Shown: positions 26,815-37,341 of the stretch, piece by piece | Numbering within the stretch: position 1 is the stretch's first letter | How the letters are laid out: every line of letters begins with the position of its first letter | From: Bacteroidales bacterium | Lineage (GTDB): Bacteria > Bacteroidota > Bacteroidia > Bacteroidales > Prolixibacteraceae | NCBI GenBank assembly: GCA_031285325.1 | Contig: JAITWJ010000108.1 | Coordinates: 1 to 60,084, forward strand | Reading direction: 5' to 3' | Length of the DNA: 60,084 nucleotides | Notes under the pieces: generated by a model | Database searches by the model: none | What the model saw: only the letters and a program-made list of their open reading frames with translations | Told to the model about the DNA's origin: nothing | Position numbers and translations under genes: made by a program

Positions 26815-29199
26815 TTAATTCATACCGTTCAATAATCGTTCCAAAGTATATTCATCCTGAATAAGTACCTGTCGGGCCTTGCTGCCTTCACTTGGCCCCA
26901 CCACTCCGGCAGCTTCGAGCTGGTCCATTATTCTGCCTGCCCGATTGTATCCGATTGAAAATTTCCGCTGTATCATGGATGTTGAGCCCATTTGGTTCAT
27001 GACTACAATTCTGGCGGCATCGTCGAAAAGTTCGTCTTTATCGTTCAGGTCGATTTCGCCGGGGCCGCCTGATTCTTCGTCGCCAACGTAGTCGGGCAGC
27101 AAGAATGCGGTTGGGTAACCACGCTGTTCCGAGATAAATGAGCATATTTTTTCAACTTCAGGCGTGTCGATAAAAGCACACTGTACGCGTGTTATGTTGC
27201 TTCCCGATGAAATAAGCATATCGCCTTTGCCTATTAACTGGTTGGCTCCGGGTGTGTCGAGTATGGTGCGCGAATCGATCATTGAAGCTACCTTAAATGC
27301 AACCCGCGCAGGGAAATTTGCCTTAATAACTCCTGTTATAATGTTTGTTGAGGGGCGCTGTGTTGCAATAATCATGTGGATTCCGACAGCGCGGGCAAGT
27401 TGTGCTATACGCGCTATGGGGAGTTCAATTTCTTTTCCGGCGGTCATAATCAAATCGGCAAATTCGTCGATAATTACGACAATGTACGGCATGTAACGGT
27501 GCCCTTTTTCAGGGTTCAGCCTGCGGCTTATAAACTTCTGGTTGTATTCTTTAATATTACGGGCGTGGGCTCTTTTCAACAGGTCGTAGCGTTGGTCCAT
27601 TTCTACGTTTATTGAGTTCAGCGTGTATTTTACTTTTTGGATATCGGTAATAACCGGATCGCCTTCGCCGGGAAGTTTTGCCAGATAGTGTTTTTCTAAA
27701 ACCGAATAAAGGTTTAATTCTACCTTTTTGGGGTCAACAAAAACGAACTTTAACTGTGATGGGTGTTTCTTATAGAGTAATGAGGTTATTATAACGTTTA
27801 CTCCGACTGACTTTCCCTGTCCGGTGGCTCCGGCTACAAGTATATGGGGCATTTTTACGAGGTCGAACATAAAGGTTTCGTTCGAAATTGTTTTACCCAG
27901 GGCTACCGGGAGTTCGGCTGTGCTTTCCTGAAATTTCTTTGAGCTTAAAATTGAACGCATTGAAACAACTTCGGGGTTCTGGTTGGGTACTTCTATGCCT
28001 ATGGTGCCCCGTCCGGGGATTGGGGCAACAATACGGATGCCGAGTGCGGCGAGGCTGAGTGCAATATCGTCTTCGAGGTTTTTAATTTTTGCAATGCGTA
28101 TGCCCGGGGCGGGTACAATTTCGTATAATGTTATGGTTGGGCCAATGGTTGCGCGTATTTTGGTTATTTCAATTTTATAGTGCCGGAGGGTTTCAACAAT
28201 TTTGTTTTTGTTTGAGATGAGTTCTTCGTTGCTAACTTCGGCATTTCCCGAGTTATGGTCTTCGAGCAGTTCCATAATGGGAAATTTAAAGCCTGAGAGG
28301 TCGAGTGTGGGGTCGTATTCTTCCATTGCGGAGGGCAGCTCGTCGTCTGTTTCGTCGTCATAAGGTTTTTCGTGCGGCTGCGGGGGGATATTGTTTACTT
28401 CAAAGTCTGATTCGGGTTCGCGGGTGTTTACTTTTTCGATGGTTAAGTTGTCGTCGCCGGCATCGGGTTCGAATATTGCGTTTACGTTGTCGTCTTCGTC
28501 TATAACTTTGGATATTGTGTTGTCGGTAATGGTTTCATCGGTTTTAGCGCTTACTTCAATTTGCGGTTCGCGGGGGGTTTTCGTTCTCTTTTTGGCTAAA
28601 ATTTTCTTAAGCAGCGGAAGAAATCCTTCAAATCTGACGGTTAGGAATATAAGGGCGGTAACTACGATTAGCAGCGAGACTCCTGCTGCGCCCAGCATGG
28701 AACTTAGCCACGTGCTTAAAACGAATCCGTATTGCCCGCCGGGGTACAGGGCCATCGAACCGTTGGTTTTTGAGAAGATAAAGCCAAGTGTAACCGACAG
28801 CCAGATGAGTAAAAACATGCTGTACATGAAATTTTTCCGGAATTTAAAGAAACTTATTCCGATAACTCTGAACCCGAATACGGTTAGCAGGTAAACGAAT
28901 ACGAATGATGCGAGCCCGAACCCGCGGTTAATAATAATTTCGGCGAGCCATGCGCCGGTTTTGCCGGCTTTGTTGTTAACCTGTATTGCGGGGTCGAAAA
29001 CAAACTCTTTCCAGTTTATGTCGAACTTGCTTTGGTCGGCGGCTCCGAAAAACAGGAACGAAATGAACGATATTAAAAGATACGCGGCTAAAAGCAGGAT
29101 TATAATTCCGAAGATAAATTTAAATTTCTCGCTTTTAAACGCTGTTTTACGGGCGGTTTTCTTTGCAGGATTGCTGTGCTTTTTATTTACAGGAGCCAT
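26815..29199 (-). CDS. ftsK: DNA translocase FtsK
   Basis: N-terminal TM domain, RIVAPIPG, PHILVAGATGQGKS, IDEFADL, ATQRPS, and the gamma domain QRKFSIGYNRAGRIMDQLE. A -7 box TAGCTTTG lies at 29232-29225. Confidence 0.96.
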   Translation of the reverse strand: MAPVNKKHSNPAKKTARKTAFKSEKFKFIFGIIILLLAAYLLISFISFLFFGAADQSKFDINWKEFVFDPAIQVNNKAGKTGAWLAEIIINRGFGLASFVFVYLLTVFGFRVIGISFFKFRKNFMYSMFLLIWLSVTLGFIFSKTNGSMALYPGGQYGFVLSTWLSSMLGAAGVSLLIVVTALIFLTVRFEGFLPLLKKILAKKRTKTPREPQIEVSAKTDETITDNTISKVIDEDDNVNAIFEPDAGDDNLTIEKVNTREPESDFEVNNIPPQPHEKPYDDETDDELPSAMEEYDPTLDLSGFKFPIMELLEDHNSGNAEVSNEELISNKNKIVETLRHYKIEITKIRATIGPTITLYEIVPAPGIRIAKIKNLEDDIALSLAALGIRIVAPIPGRGTIGIEVPNQNPEVVSMRSILSSKKFQESTAELPVALGKTISNETFMFDLVKMPHILVAGATGQGKSVGVNVIITSLLYKKHPSQLKFVFVDPKKVELNLYSVLEKHYLAKLPGEGDPVITDIQKVKYTLNSINVEMDQRYDLLKRAHARNIKEYNQKFISRRLNPEKGHRYMPYIVVIIDEFADLIMTAGKEIELPIARIAQLARAVGIHMIIATQRPSTNIITGVIKANFPARVAFKVASMIDSRTILDTPGANQLIGKGDMLISSGSNITRVQCAFIDTPEVEKICSFISEQRGYPTAFLLPDYVGDEESGGPGEIDLNDKDELFDDAARIVVMNQMGSTSMIQRKFSIGYNRAGRIMDQLEAAGVVGPSEGSKARQVLIQDEYTLERLLNGMN

Positions 29200-29399
29200 T
29201 TGACAAGTATTCGTTTATTAATTGCAAAGCTAATTAAAATTATAGCTGTGCGTTCAATTATTTAATTCAATACGAAACAATAGCAGTTAAACATAACCAC
29301 GCAGTTACAAACAGATGAAACCTGCACTGCAAACAATTTGCCGTTTCAGGCTGCCGAGGTGCGAGCGCAGGCTGTTTATGCCGGAGTTTTGCCTGCCGT

Positions 29400-29720
29400 T
29401 GTTAAGCCGGAGCCAATCGAGATTAAAGAGCAGCCCGTCAAGATTGCCGCGGAGCCAAATGAGATTAGCGCGGAGTTAATCGTGAACTGCGCGGAGCCGA
29501 TTGAGAATTGCGCGGAGCTAAATGAGAATCGCGCGAAGTAAATTAAGAACTGCGCGAAGTCGATTGAGATTGCCGCGAAGCCAAATGAGAACTGCGCGAA
29601 GTAAATTAAGGACTGCGCGGAGCCATTCGAGAACGCCGCGAAGTCGATTAGGAATCGCGCGGAGCCGATTGAGATTGCCGCGGAGTCAAATAAGAACGCC
29701 GCGGAGCGTGTTAAGAACAA
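29400..29720. repeat. Array family D: about 15 units of 21 bp (CGCGRAG core)
   Basis: CGCG(G/A)AG occurs every 21 bp from 29448 to 29700 (13 units), with degenerate units at about 29406 and 29427. Confidence 0.9.
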
Positions 29721-29820
29721 TTAATCTTTCAAAAAAATATTACGCAAGTAAAATGTTTCCTTTTAAAATATAATTCATTTGCGTAATTTTACAGAAAATT
29801 ATTCCCGCAATCGAAATGTG

Positions 29821-32307
29821 ATGAAAAAAATAGCCGTAATTATTTCCGCAATTATTATTGTTGCGTTTGTAACGTTGCTTGCTGTGCCGTTACTGTTCAA
29901 ACAAAACTTAGTTGACGCAGTAAAGGTAACCGTAAACAAAAACATAAATGCCGATGTTAATTTTGAGAATGTAAAACTTTCGCTTTTGAAAAGGTTTCCA
30001 AAGGTTTCGTTCGAATTACAGAACGTAATCATAACCGGAAAGGGCGAATTTGAGGCCGATACGCTCCTGCATATCGCCTCGCTGCAAACCCGGATGAACG
30101 TTAAGTCGCTCGTGAATAAAGCCGGAAGAAGTATCGAAGAGGTTTACCTCGTTCAACCGAAATTAAAATTAATAACCGGACAAACGGGAGAGGTTAACTG
30201 GAATATTATGAAGGAAACTGCAGGAGTTTCAAACAGCGAGAACACTTCTGAGGCAGACAATGTATTCGATTTCAGTTTAAATGATGTTGAAATAACAGGA
30301 GCGGACGTAAAGTACATAAACCGCGTGGCGGATATGATGTTCGGGTTTGAAGATATGAATATCGACATGAACGGGCAGATGTACGGGCAGTCAGCCCAGC
30401 TCGGCGTGAACGGCAGGGTAGGAAGTTTTTCAACCGAATACAAAGGCGTAACATACGTTTCAAACATTTCGCTCGAAACTAAAACAATACTCGACATAAA
30501 TTACGAGGCAATGGACATAGTTTTTAATGAAAACGAACTGTTAATAAACCGTTTGCCTCTGGAAATAACAGGTTCGGTGCATGCGCCGTCAGATTCGGTG
30601 CATTTTAACATGATTTTGCAGACAAAAGAATCGGGTTTCGACAACTTTCTGGCGCTTGTGCCGCCCGCTTACGAAAATTATCTTGAAAATTTTGAAATTA
30701 ACGGAACAGCAACAGTGTTTGGTACCGTTACGGGCTTTTATTATAATGACGATTACCCCGCCGTTGAACTCGCGCTGAACATTAACGAAGGAAATTTCAA
30801 ATACGCCGGCATGCCCGAAAGCATTAACAACATCGAGGCAGGTGTTTCGGTCGTAAAACCGCAGGGTGTATTAAATTCAACCGAAATTAAAATCACCCAG
30901 GCACATGCCGACATTAAAAATAACCCGGTAAACGCCACCCTTTTATTGAACAACATCGTATCTGACCCGTATTTTGACGGCACTTTTACAGGAAAAATCG
31001 ATTTTAACCATCTTAAAGACATCGTTCCGTTAGAAAATGTAAACATAACAGGCTCTGCCGATGCCAATTTGCTGGTAAGGGGCAACTATTCGTCAATCGA
31101 AAACGAACAGTACGATAAAATAATGTCAGATGGCACTATTTTGTTGAACAATTTTATATATGAACACGCCAACCTGACGCAACCCGTTGCCGTAAAATCG
31201 GGCAAACTCGACTTTTCGCCACAAAACATCAGCCTTTCGCAGTTTTACATGAACGTTGGAAGAAGCGACTTCAACATTACAGGAAAAATTTCAAACTATA
31301 TTAATTATGTTTTTAAAGAAGGAATACTTGAAGGCGACTTTCAGCTTAATTCAACCTATGTAAATTTAAATGAACTGCTGCGGCTGCATGTCGAAACCCC
31401 CGATACGGCAAGTACAGGCGCACAGCCGGAAAACGCGGCAGAAAATCTGGCTTTTGACGTCCCCGAAAACATAAATTTCACCTTCCGTTCAAAAATATCA
31501 AGCGCCAATTTCGACAGAGTTGACATCTCAGACATAAACGGGCTCATAACTGCAAAAGAACAACAGCTAATTCTGAACGGGCTAAACATGAATATGCTCG
31601 ATGGCAAACTGAAAATTAACGGCTCGTACAAAAATACCCCGCAAAACCAGCCCCTTTTCGATTTTGGTTTCGATGTTGAAAGGTTCGACATCCCGCAGGC
31701 ATTCCAAGCCATTGGCGGATTGCGCAATATAATGCCCGTGGCAGGTTTGAGCAACGGAAAAGTAAGCGCTTCGGTTAAAATGAACGGAAACATGGCCGGC
31801 AACCTGAAATTAATACCAACATCAATTAACGGCGGCGGGCTTTTTAATACGGAAAACCTCCGGATATTAAACTCAACCGTCTTCAACCAGCTAAACGGCA
31901 TCCTGCAAGCCGAAAAATTAAGCAACGTTTCAATCGATGATTTTAACACCGACTTCACCATTCAAAACGGAAACCTGCTGCTTAAGCCTTTTATTACAAG
32001 AATATCGGGGCAGGAAACCCGCATCAACGGAAGTTTAAACACAAACAACCTGCTCGACATGCAGCTCAGCCTCAATATACAGCGCAATGCCTTCGGATCT
32101 AACATACAGGATATTCTGAATGTCATTCCCGGAAACCAAAATATCACATTAGTTCCCGTAGGAGTACATGTAATTGGCCCCGTTGATAAACCTGAAATAA
32201 AAATAGACCTTTCGGAAACACAGAAAATGTTGCTGAACGCCACAAAAGATGAACTCCGCAACAGTATAAACCAAATTGGCGAAGGTTTAAGAAAGTTGTT
32301 GAATTAA
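29821..32307 (+). CDS. AsmA family protein
   Basis: N-terminal anchor MKKIAVIISAIIIVAFVTLLAVPLLFK (ATG at 29821 preferred), SLLKRFP, P.LKL...GEVNWNI, and a long beta-taco-like composition. Confidence 0.85.
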   Translation: MKKIAVIISAIIIVAFVTLLAVPLLFKQNLVDAVKVTVNKNINADVNFENVKLSLLKRFPKVSFELQNVIITGKGEFEADTLLHIASLQTRMNVKSLVNKAGRSIEEVYLVQPKLKLITGQTGEVNWNIMKETAGVSNSENTSEADNVFDFSLNDVEITGADVKYINRVADMMFGFEDMNIDMNGQMYGQSAQLGVNGRVGSFSTEYKGVTYVSNISLETKTILDINYEAMDIVFNENELLINRLPLEITGSVHAPSDSVHFNMILQTKESGFDNFLALVPPAYENYLENFEINGTATVFGTVTGFYYNDDYPAVELALNINEGNFKYAGMPESINNIEAGVSVVKPQGVLNSTEIKITQAHADIKNNPVNATLLLNNIVSDPYFDGTFTGKIDFNHLKDIVPLENVNITGSADANLLVRGNYSSIENEQYDKIMSDGTILLNNFIYEHANLTQPVAVKSGKLDFSPQNISLSQFYMNVGRSDFNITGKISNYINYVFKEGILEGDFQLNSTYVNLNELLRLHVETPDTASTGAQPENAAENLAFDVPENINFTFRSKISSANFDRVDISDINGLITAKEQQLILNGLNMNMLDGKLKINGSYKNTPQNQPLFDFGFDVERFDIPQAFQAIGGLRNIMPVAGLSNGKVSASVKMNGNMAGNLKLIPTSINGGGLFNTENLRILNSTVFNQLNGILQAEKLSNVSIDDFNTDFTIQNGNLLLKPFITRISGQETRINGSLNTNNLLDMQLSLNIQRNAFGSNIQDILNVIPGNQNITLVPVGVHVIGPVDKPEIKIDLSETQKMLLNATKDELRNSINQIGEGLRKLLN

Positions 32308-32436
32308 TATTCCAGACAACATTACGGTTTTCCGTACTTCTTCAGCCTCTATGTGCGGCCAACGCAAAATTTAAGCGTAACCAGACGCCGCAAATGAATA
32401 ATAATTACCTTTGCCGTTCAAAATAAAAATTAAAAA

Positions 32437-33537
32437 ATGGCTTTAAAATGTGGAATTGTTGGATTACCAAACGTAGGTAAATCAACGCTTTTTAATTGTT
32501 TGTCGAGCGCCAAGGCACAGTCGGCAAATTTTCCGTTTTGTACAATCGAACCCAACATAGGCGTTATTACCGTCCCTGACAACAGGTTGATAAAACTTGC
32601 CGAAATTGATAATCCTAAAAAAGTAATTCCAACAACTGTCGAAATTGTTGACATAGCAGGTTTAGTTAAAGGAGCAAGCAAAGGAGAAGGTTTAGGAAAC
32701 CAGTTTCTGGGAAATATTCGCGAAACCGATGCAATAATTCATGTGCTGCGTTGTTTTGAAAACGATAATGTAACACATGTTGACGGTTCGGTAAACCCCG
32801 TTCGCGACAAAGAGATTATCGATATAGAACTCCAACTTAAAGACCTCGAAACAATTGAAAGCCGTATTGAACGGCTCGAAAAACAGGTAAAGCACGGCAA
32901 CGATGCCAGAATAAAAAAAATGTTTGAACTTGCGCTTCGTTATAAACAAATTCTGATAGAAGGAAAACCTGCGCGAACACTTCAGGTTTACGATGAAGAA
33001 GAAAAAATAGCGCGTGAGTTTTTTCTGCTTACCAATAAACCTGTACTATATGTTTGTAACGTTGACGAGGCCTCGGCAAAAAACGGCAATAAATTTACCG
33101 ATGCAGTAAAAGAAAGTGTTAAGAATGAAAACGCCGAACTTTTGGTAATTGCCGCAGCTACCGAGGCCGATATTGCCGAACTCGAAAGTTACGAAGAAAA
33201 GCAACTCTTCCTTGAAGAACTCGGACTTAATGAACCCGGAGTGAATAAACTAATCTATGCAGCATACCGGTTATTGCATTTACAAACATACTTTACAACC
33301 GGCCCCGACGAAAGTCGTGCATGGACATTTAAACAAGGAACAAAAGCGCCACAGGCCGCAGGAATTATACACAGCGATTTTGAAAAAGGTTTTATTCGTG
33401 CCGAAGTAATTAAATACGATAACTATATAAAATATGGCTCGGAACACGCCTGCCGCGAAGCCGGTAAAATTGCAGTCGAAGGTAAGGAATATGTTGTGCA
33501 GGATGGCGATATTCTGCATTTCAGGTTTAATGTTTAA
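32437..33537 (+). CDS. ychF: Redox-regulated ATPase YchF
   Basis: GIVGLPNVGKSTLFN, NFPFCTIEPN, DIAGLVKGASKGEGLGNQFL, and EGKEYVVQDGD. A -7 box TACCTTTG lies at 32406-32413. Confidence 0.97.
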   Translation: MALKCGIVGLPNVGKSTLFNCLSSAKAQSANFPFCTIEPNIGVITVPDNRLIKLAEIDNPKKVIPTTVEIVDIAGLVKGASKGEGLGNQFLGNIRETDAIIHVLRCFENDNVTHVDGSVNPVRDKEIIDIELQLKDLETIESRIERLEKQVKHGNDARIKKMFELALRYKQILIEGKPARTLQVYDEEEKIAREFFLLTNKPVLYVCNVDEASAKNGNKFTDAVKESVKNENAELLVIAAATEADIAELESYEEKQLFLEELGLNEPGVNKLIYAAYRLLHLQTYFTTGPDESRAWTFKQGTKAPQAAGIIHSDFEKGFIRAEVIKYDNYIKYGSEHACREAGKIAVEGKEYVVQDGDILHFRFNV

Positions 33538-33612
33538 TAGTTAAATTAATGCGCCGGGTATTGTTAATATGTAGCTGTGCATTTGTAAACGTAATAATGG
33601 TGTTATTTTAAA

Positions 33613-33652
33613 AATACAATCCTTGCAGGGTTAACCCTGCAAGGATTGTATT
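33613..33652. terminator. Perfect 40-bp palindrome between convergent genes (probable bidirectional terminator)
   Basis: AATACAATCCTTGCAGGGTT|AACCCTGCAAGGATTGTATT. Confidence 0.7.
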
Positions 33653-33683
33653 ACAAATTATTCAGCAACACGAAATTACAAAG

Positions 33684-35444
33684 TTACATAATTGTAACAT
33701 TCATGTAAAAAACACCAACAGTAGTACCGTTGGGTGTTGTTACAGTACAGTGTACCGTATCATAAGTATTGCCTTGAGTATTTGATGGAACATTAAACAA
33801 CCCTTCTTCACCACCGTTATTTGAAGCCAAAACAAGAGTTCCGGAGCTGCCCCAAGTATATGTTAAGCCCGGTACATAACTGTTATTCTGTACCCGGAAA
33901 GAAACGTATGTTGAGCCGCGTGATACTGTGCTGGGGCCTGTAATTGGCCCCAATGCGGGTGAAGATACTGTGATAGATTTAGTTGCAACAACCGTACCGT
34001 TTACTTTTGCAGTAAGCGTTCCTGAGCCTGAACTTCCAATTTGATCAATACTTGTTGTAATTCCATAAGTAGGATAGACTGTTAATTGACTGCCGCTTAA
34101 TGACCATGTTACGGAACCTATTGGTGCATTCTGTAATGTGTAGTTCCCAAAATAGCCTGTAATCAGGCTTGGTCCAAGTATATACGTCAAGCTGGAACTT
34201 TTGGCATTCAAGAAATTATTTATCTCATTTTTTGATTGCTGAGAAAACGAGATGCTGAAATTTCCTGATAACCAACACATAACTGAAGCTGACGGTGTAT
34301 AACATAATCCATCGGATGGATTATCCCATGCACCAAGATTATGACCTATTTCATGAGCTGCTATATATTCTATATATAAATCATAATTTGTAGTCAAAGA
34401 ATATGCATAATTATCAGGTGTATTACCGTTAATATCACCTATCCATGCATATCCATGGACAGTTCTGCTGTTCAAATCTTTTCCGGTAAATAAATGGGCA
34501 ATATGACGGTTAACTCCTCTAAGGTTAGCATTCCAGTAGTTCCGAAAAGAATTAAGCAGAGTGTCTGCATTGGTTGAAGTGTAAGGCTGGGAACTTGTAG
34601 TATAAATATTGCGAAATGTAACATAAAGACTCAACCCGAATGCTGACTCATAAGCACCATCAACAACATTCATTACATTAGAAATATAACCTTTGCTGTT
34701 TGCTCCATGTGCCTGATAAAATTCATAGTCAACATCAATTGCTATTTTAATAGATCTTGTTGGTACTGCTCTGGTTAAAGGCATACTTTGCGAAGTTACA
34801 GGCATGTCCTGCGTAAGTAAACTTTTGGGAACTTCTAAAGCATCGTTAACATAATCGGAATAACTGTCATCAGGAATAATATCCCAATTTTTATACAAAA
34901 CCAAACTTTTATCACTACTGTTTTGCGTATAATCATTAGCAGACCTTATTACATAATGGTAATTTTCGCCTAATATAACACCAAATAACAAATTTTCGTC
35001 AATGGTAAAACGTACGATTTTACCATCAGAAGTAAAACCTTTGTATGTATTTACGACAAACGGTTCAGTATCTTCAAATACACCTTCGCCAGTAGTTATT
35101 GTTGCTTTAAAATCAGGCGCACGCAAATCGTTTAATTCCAAATCGATTATCCAATCCAACTCTTCATCAATTTGTAACCGCAAACTACCCGTTCCACTTT
35201 TAAAATGTCCTGCCAGTTCGTGTAAATCTAACGTAAAAGCAGTGTATTTGCTAAGATGTTTGTCGAGAATTGCTTTGTCACTTTCTGTTAACGAAACGCT
35301 TTCTATACTTGGAGTGTAAACTGTTTCCTGTGAACGTGTAACAGCATTAACATCCTGTTCTGTGCTGTAAGGTCTAAGTTCCTGTTCTCTACAGCTAAAA
35401 GCTATAAAAAACAGAACAAAAAATACAGTTATTAATTTTTTCAT
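33684..35444 (-). CDS. Metzincin (M12/reprolysin-like) zinc metalloprotease lipoprotein with pro-domain and C-terminal beta-rich domains
   Basis: Lipobox AFSC; IAIDVDYEFY; AHLFTG; HEIGHNLGAWD; Met-turn SVMC; two ITGP-type Ig-like repeats. Confidence 0.85.
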   Translation of the reverse strand: MKKLITVFFVLFFIAFSCREQELRPYSTEQDVNAVTRSQETVYTPSIESVSLTESDKAILDKHLSKYTAFTLDLHELAGHFKSGTGSLRLQIDEELDWIIDLELNDLRAPDFKATITTGEGVFEDTEPFVVNTYKGFTSDGKIVRFTIDENLLFGVILGENYHYVIRSANDYTQNSSDKSLVLYKNWDIIPDDSYSDYVNDALEVPKSLLTQDMPVTSQSMPLTRAVPTRSIKIAIDVDYEFYQAHGANSKGYISNVMNVVDGAYESAFGLSLYVTFRNIYTTSSQPYTSTNADTLLNSFRNYWNANLRGVNRHIAHLFTGKDLNSRTVHGYAWIGDINGNTPDNYAYSLTTNYDLYIEYIAAHEIGHNLGAWDNPSDGLCYTPSASVMCWLSGNFSISFSQQSKNEINNFLNAKSSSLTYILGPSLITGYFGNYTLQNAPIGSVTWSLSGSQLTVYPTYGITTSIDQIGSSGSGTLTAKVNGTVVATKSITVSSPALGPITGPSTVSRGSTYVSFRVQNNSYVPGLTYTWGSSGTLVLASNNGGEEGLFNVPSNTQGNTYDTVHCTVTTPNGTTVGVFYMNVTIM

Positions 35445-35447
35445 AGC

Positions 35448-36107
35448 TTATTTCTTTAATAATTTGTTTAATTTATTTTCAAACTCATCAATTGGTAACT
35501 TTTCAATAAACAATTTACCGACAAGTTCCGGTTCCGGCTCCAGTAATATACGTCCGGTTGCATAACCATCCGATAATTTGACAACAGAAAATGCACATTC
35601 TACAGTATTATAGTCTTCAGGTTTTTCTAACCATACATGACCGGTAGGAATTGCATGCGACCAGTCGTAATACGACTGGTCAATATGCATAATCAGGGTA
35701 TCACCTTTATCATATTCCAAACTCAATTTTTCCATTCTGTTTGATTCTACAAATGAAACACCGTCTCCCCAAACTTTAAATACATCATCGTTTTTATCAA
35801 AATTACCTTTCAGGTCTTCAATAAGTTTTACACTAATACTATATTCAATCTTATCCAAGACCACGCCTTTAATAAGATAGCTCTCTTCAAAACCCTCAGG
35901 ATTTGTTACTAACGCTGAAACACCTTCCAAAAAACCAAGAACCTCACAGATACTTGCTGGCATTCTTGGCACCTCAGGCTCTTCAGGTACAGATGGTTCT
36001 TTTTCAGTTTCCGGTATCGGTGGTGCCGGTTCAGGTTCTTTATTTTGCTTTTCACAGCCAATAACAATAACAAATACCATCACCATTGGTAAAATAAATT
36101 TTCTCAT
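35448..36107 (-). CDS. Hypothetical lipoprotein with a Pro/Glu-rich tether
   Basis: Lipobox VIGC-EKQ and EPEPAPPIPETEKEPSVPEEPE; ends 3 nt before the protease start. Confidence 0.75.
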   Translation of the reverse strand: MRKFILPMVMVFVIVIGCEKQNKEPEPAPPIPETEKEPSVPEEPEVPRMPASICEVLGFLEGVSALVTNPEGFEESYLIKGVVLDKIEYSISVKLIEDLKGNFDKNDDVFKVWGDGVSFVESNRMEKLSLEYDKGDTLIMHIDQSYYDWSHAIPTGHVWLEKPEDYNTVECAFSVVKLSDGYATGRILLEPEPELVGKLFIEKLPIDEFENKLNKLLKK

Positions 36108-36561
36108 ATTATTATGATTTATACGTTAATAAAAATATTTGTAAAGTTGGTACTTGTTTCTGTCTGTATCATTAAATACATACAAAAACACTGTTTAAAA
36201 GCCAGTCTCTTGCTTTTGACAAAAGACCACACCATATATGTATTGCTGAATAATTTTTTTCAGGAAAATAACATTGAATGTTGTGATAAGTGTTTAGGAT
36301 ATTCATTTCTTAAATATTAATAATTATGCAACGAATGTAAAAATATTATTTAATACTGCAATAGTATTTCAAATATATTTTATGAAATATCTTTTATTTT
36401 TTTTAAACAAACCGAGTTTTTGTGTTATTTAATGCGTAATGGGTTGTATAAAGTAAATGTAATGCCTTTCCCCTTTAAATATTCTTTCCCTAATTTTTAT
36501 CCGTCTGTATGAAATGTCATAAATATCATTTACATTTATGGCCTAAAACTATAAAACATTC

Positions 36562-36906
36562 ATGAAAATTTCCGACATAGTATCTGCCATAGACGGTACA
36601 ATAATATGTGGTAGCCAATATCTTGAGAATAATGTTGAAAATGCGTTTGCATCCGATTTGATGAGCGATGTACTAACACTTAAACTTCAAAACCTCCTGT
36701 TAGTTACAGGGCTGTCGAACATACAGTCTATAAGGACGGCCGAAATGAGCGATATACAGTATGTGTTAATTGTTCGCAACAAAGAAGTAACTGCCGATAT
36801 GGCAAATTTGGCCGAAGAAAGTAATATGGTGCTTATAAAAAGCCCTTATTCAATGTTCAAGGTATCGGGTATATTGTATCAAAAAGGATTAAAACCGGTT
36901 TATTAG
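36562..36906 (+). CDS. DRTGG-domain protein
   Basis: AFASDLMSDVL, LLVTGL, and IRTAEMSDI. Confidence 0.8.
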   Translation: MKISDIVSAIDGTIICGSQYLENNVENAFASDLMSDVLTLKLQNLLLVTGLSNIQSIRTAEMSDIQYVLIVRNKEVTADMANLAEESNMVLIKSPYSMFKVSGILYQKGLKPVY

Positions 36907-36907
36907 T

Positions 36908-37330
36908 ATGAGGCTGAATTTTAATATAGAAGGCGGTGATTTTACAAAAGCCGGCTCCGCATCCAGCCAGGTAAAAAAAACATTGAAACAGATTAATGTA
37001 AGTCCGACTATTATAAAGCGGGTGGTTGTGGCGCTTTATGAGGCAGAAGTGAATATTGTAGCTCATGCCTTTCGCGGTAATATTTCAGTCGATATTGAGC
37101 CGGAACAGGTGCATGTGCAATTAACTGATGAAGGCCCGGGTATTCCTGACATCGACAGGGCAATGCAAAAAGGATTTTCAACAGCTTCGCCTAAAGTACG
37201 CGAAATGGGATTTGGCGCAGGCATGGGGCTGTCTAACATAAGAGATAATGTCGATACTTTTAAAATTACATCGGAAGTTAATAAAGGAACTACTTTGGAT
37301 ATGACCGTATTAATATCAGATAATCAATAA
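36908..37330 (+). CDS. RsbT/anti-sigma-type Ser/Thr kinase (GHKL ATP-binding protein)
   Basis: YEAEVNIVAHA, DEGPGIPDI, GFSTA, GAGMGL, and SEVNKGT. Confidence 0.85.
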   Translation: MRLNFNIEGGDFTKAGSASSQVKKTLKQINVSPTIIKRVVVALYEAEVNIVAHAFRGNISVDIEPEQVHVQLTDEGPGIPDIDRAMQKGFSTASPKVREMGFGAGMGLSNIRDNVDTFKITSEVNKGTTLDMTVLISDNQ

Positions 37331-37341
37331 CAATCAGCATT

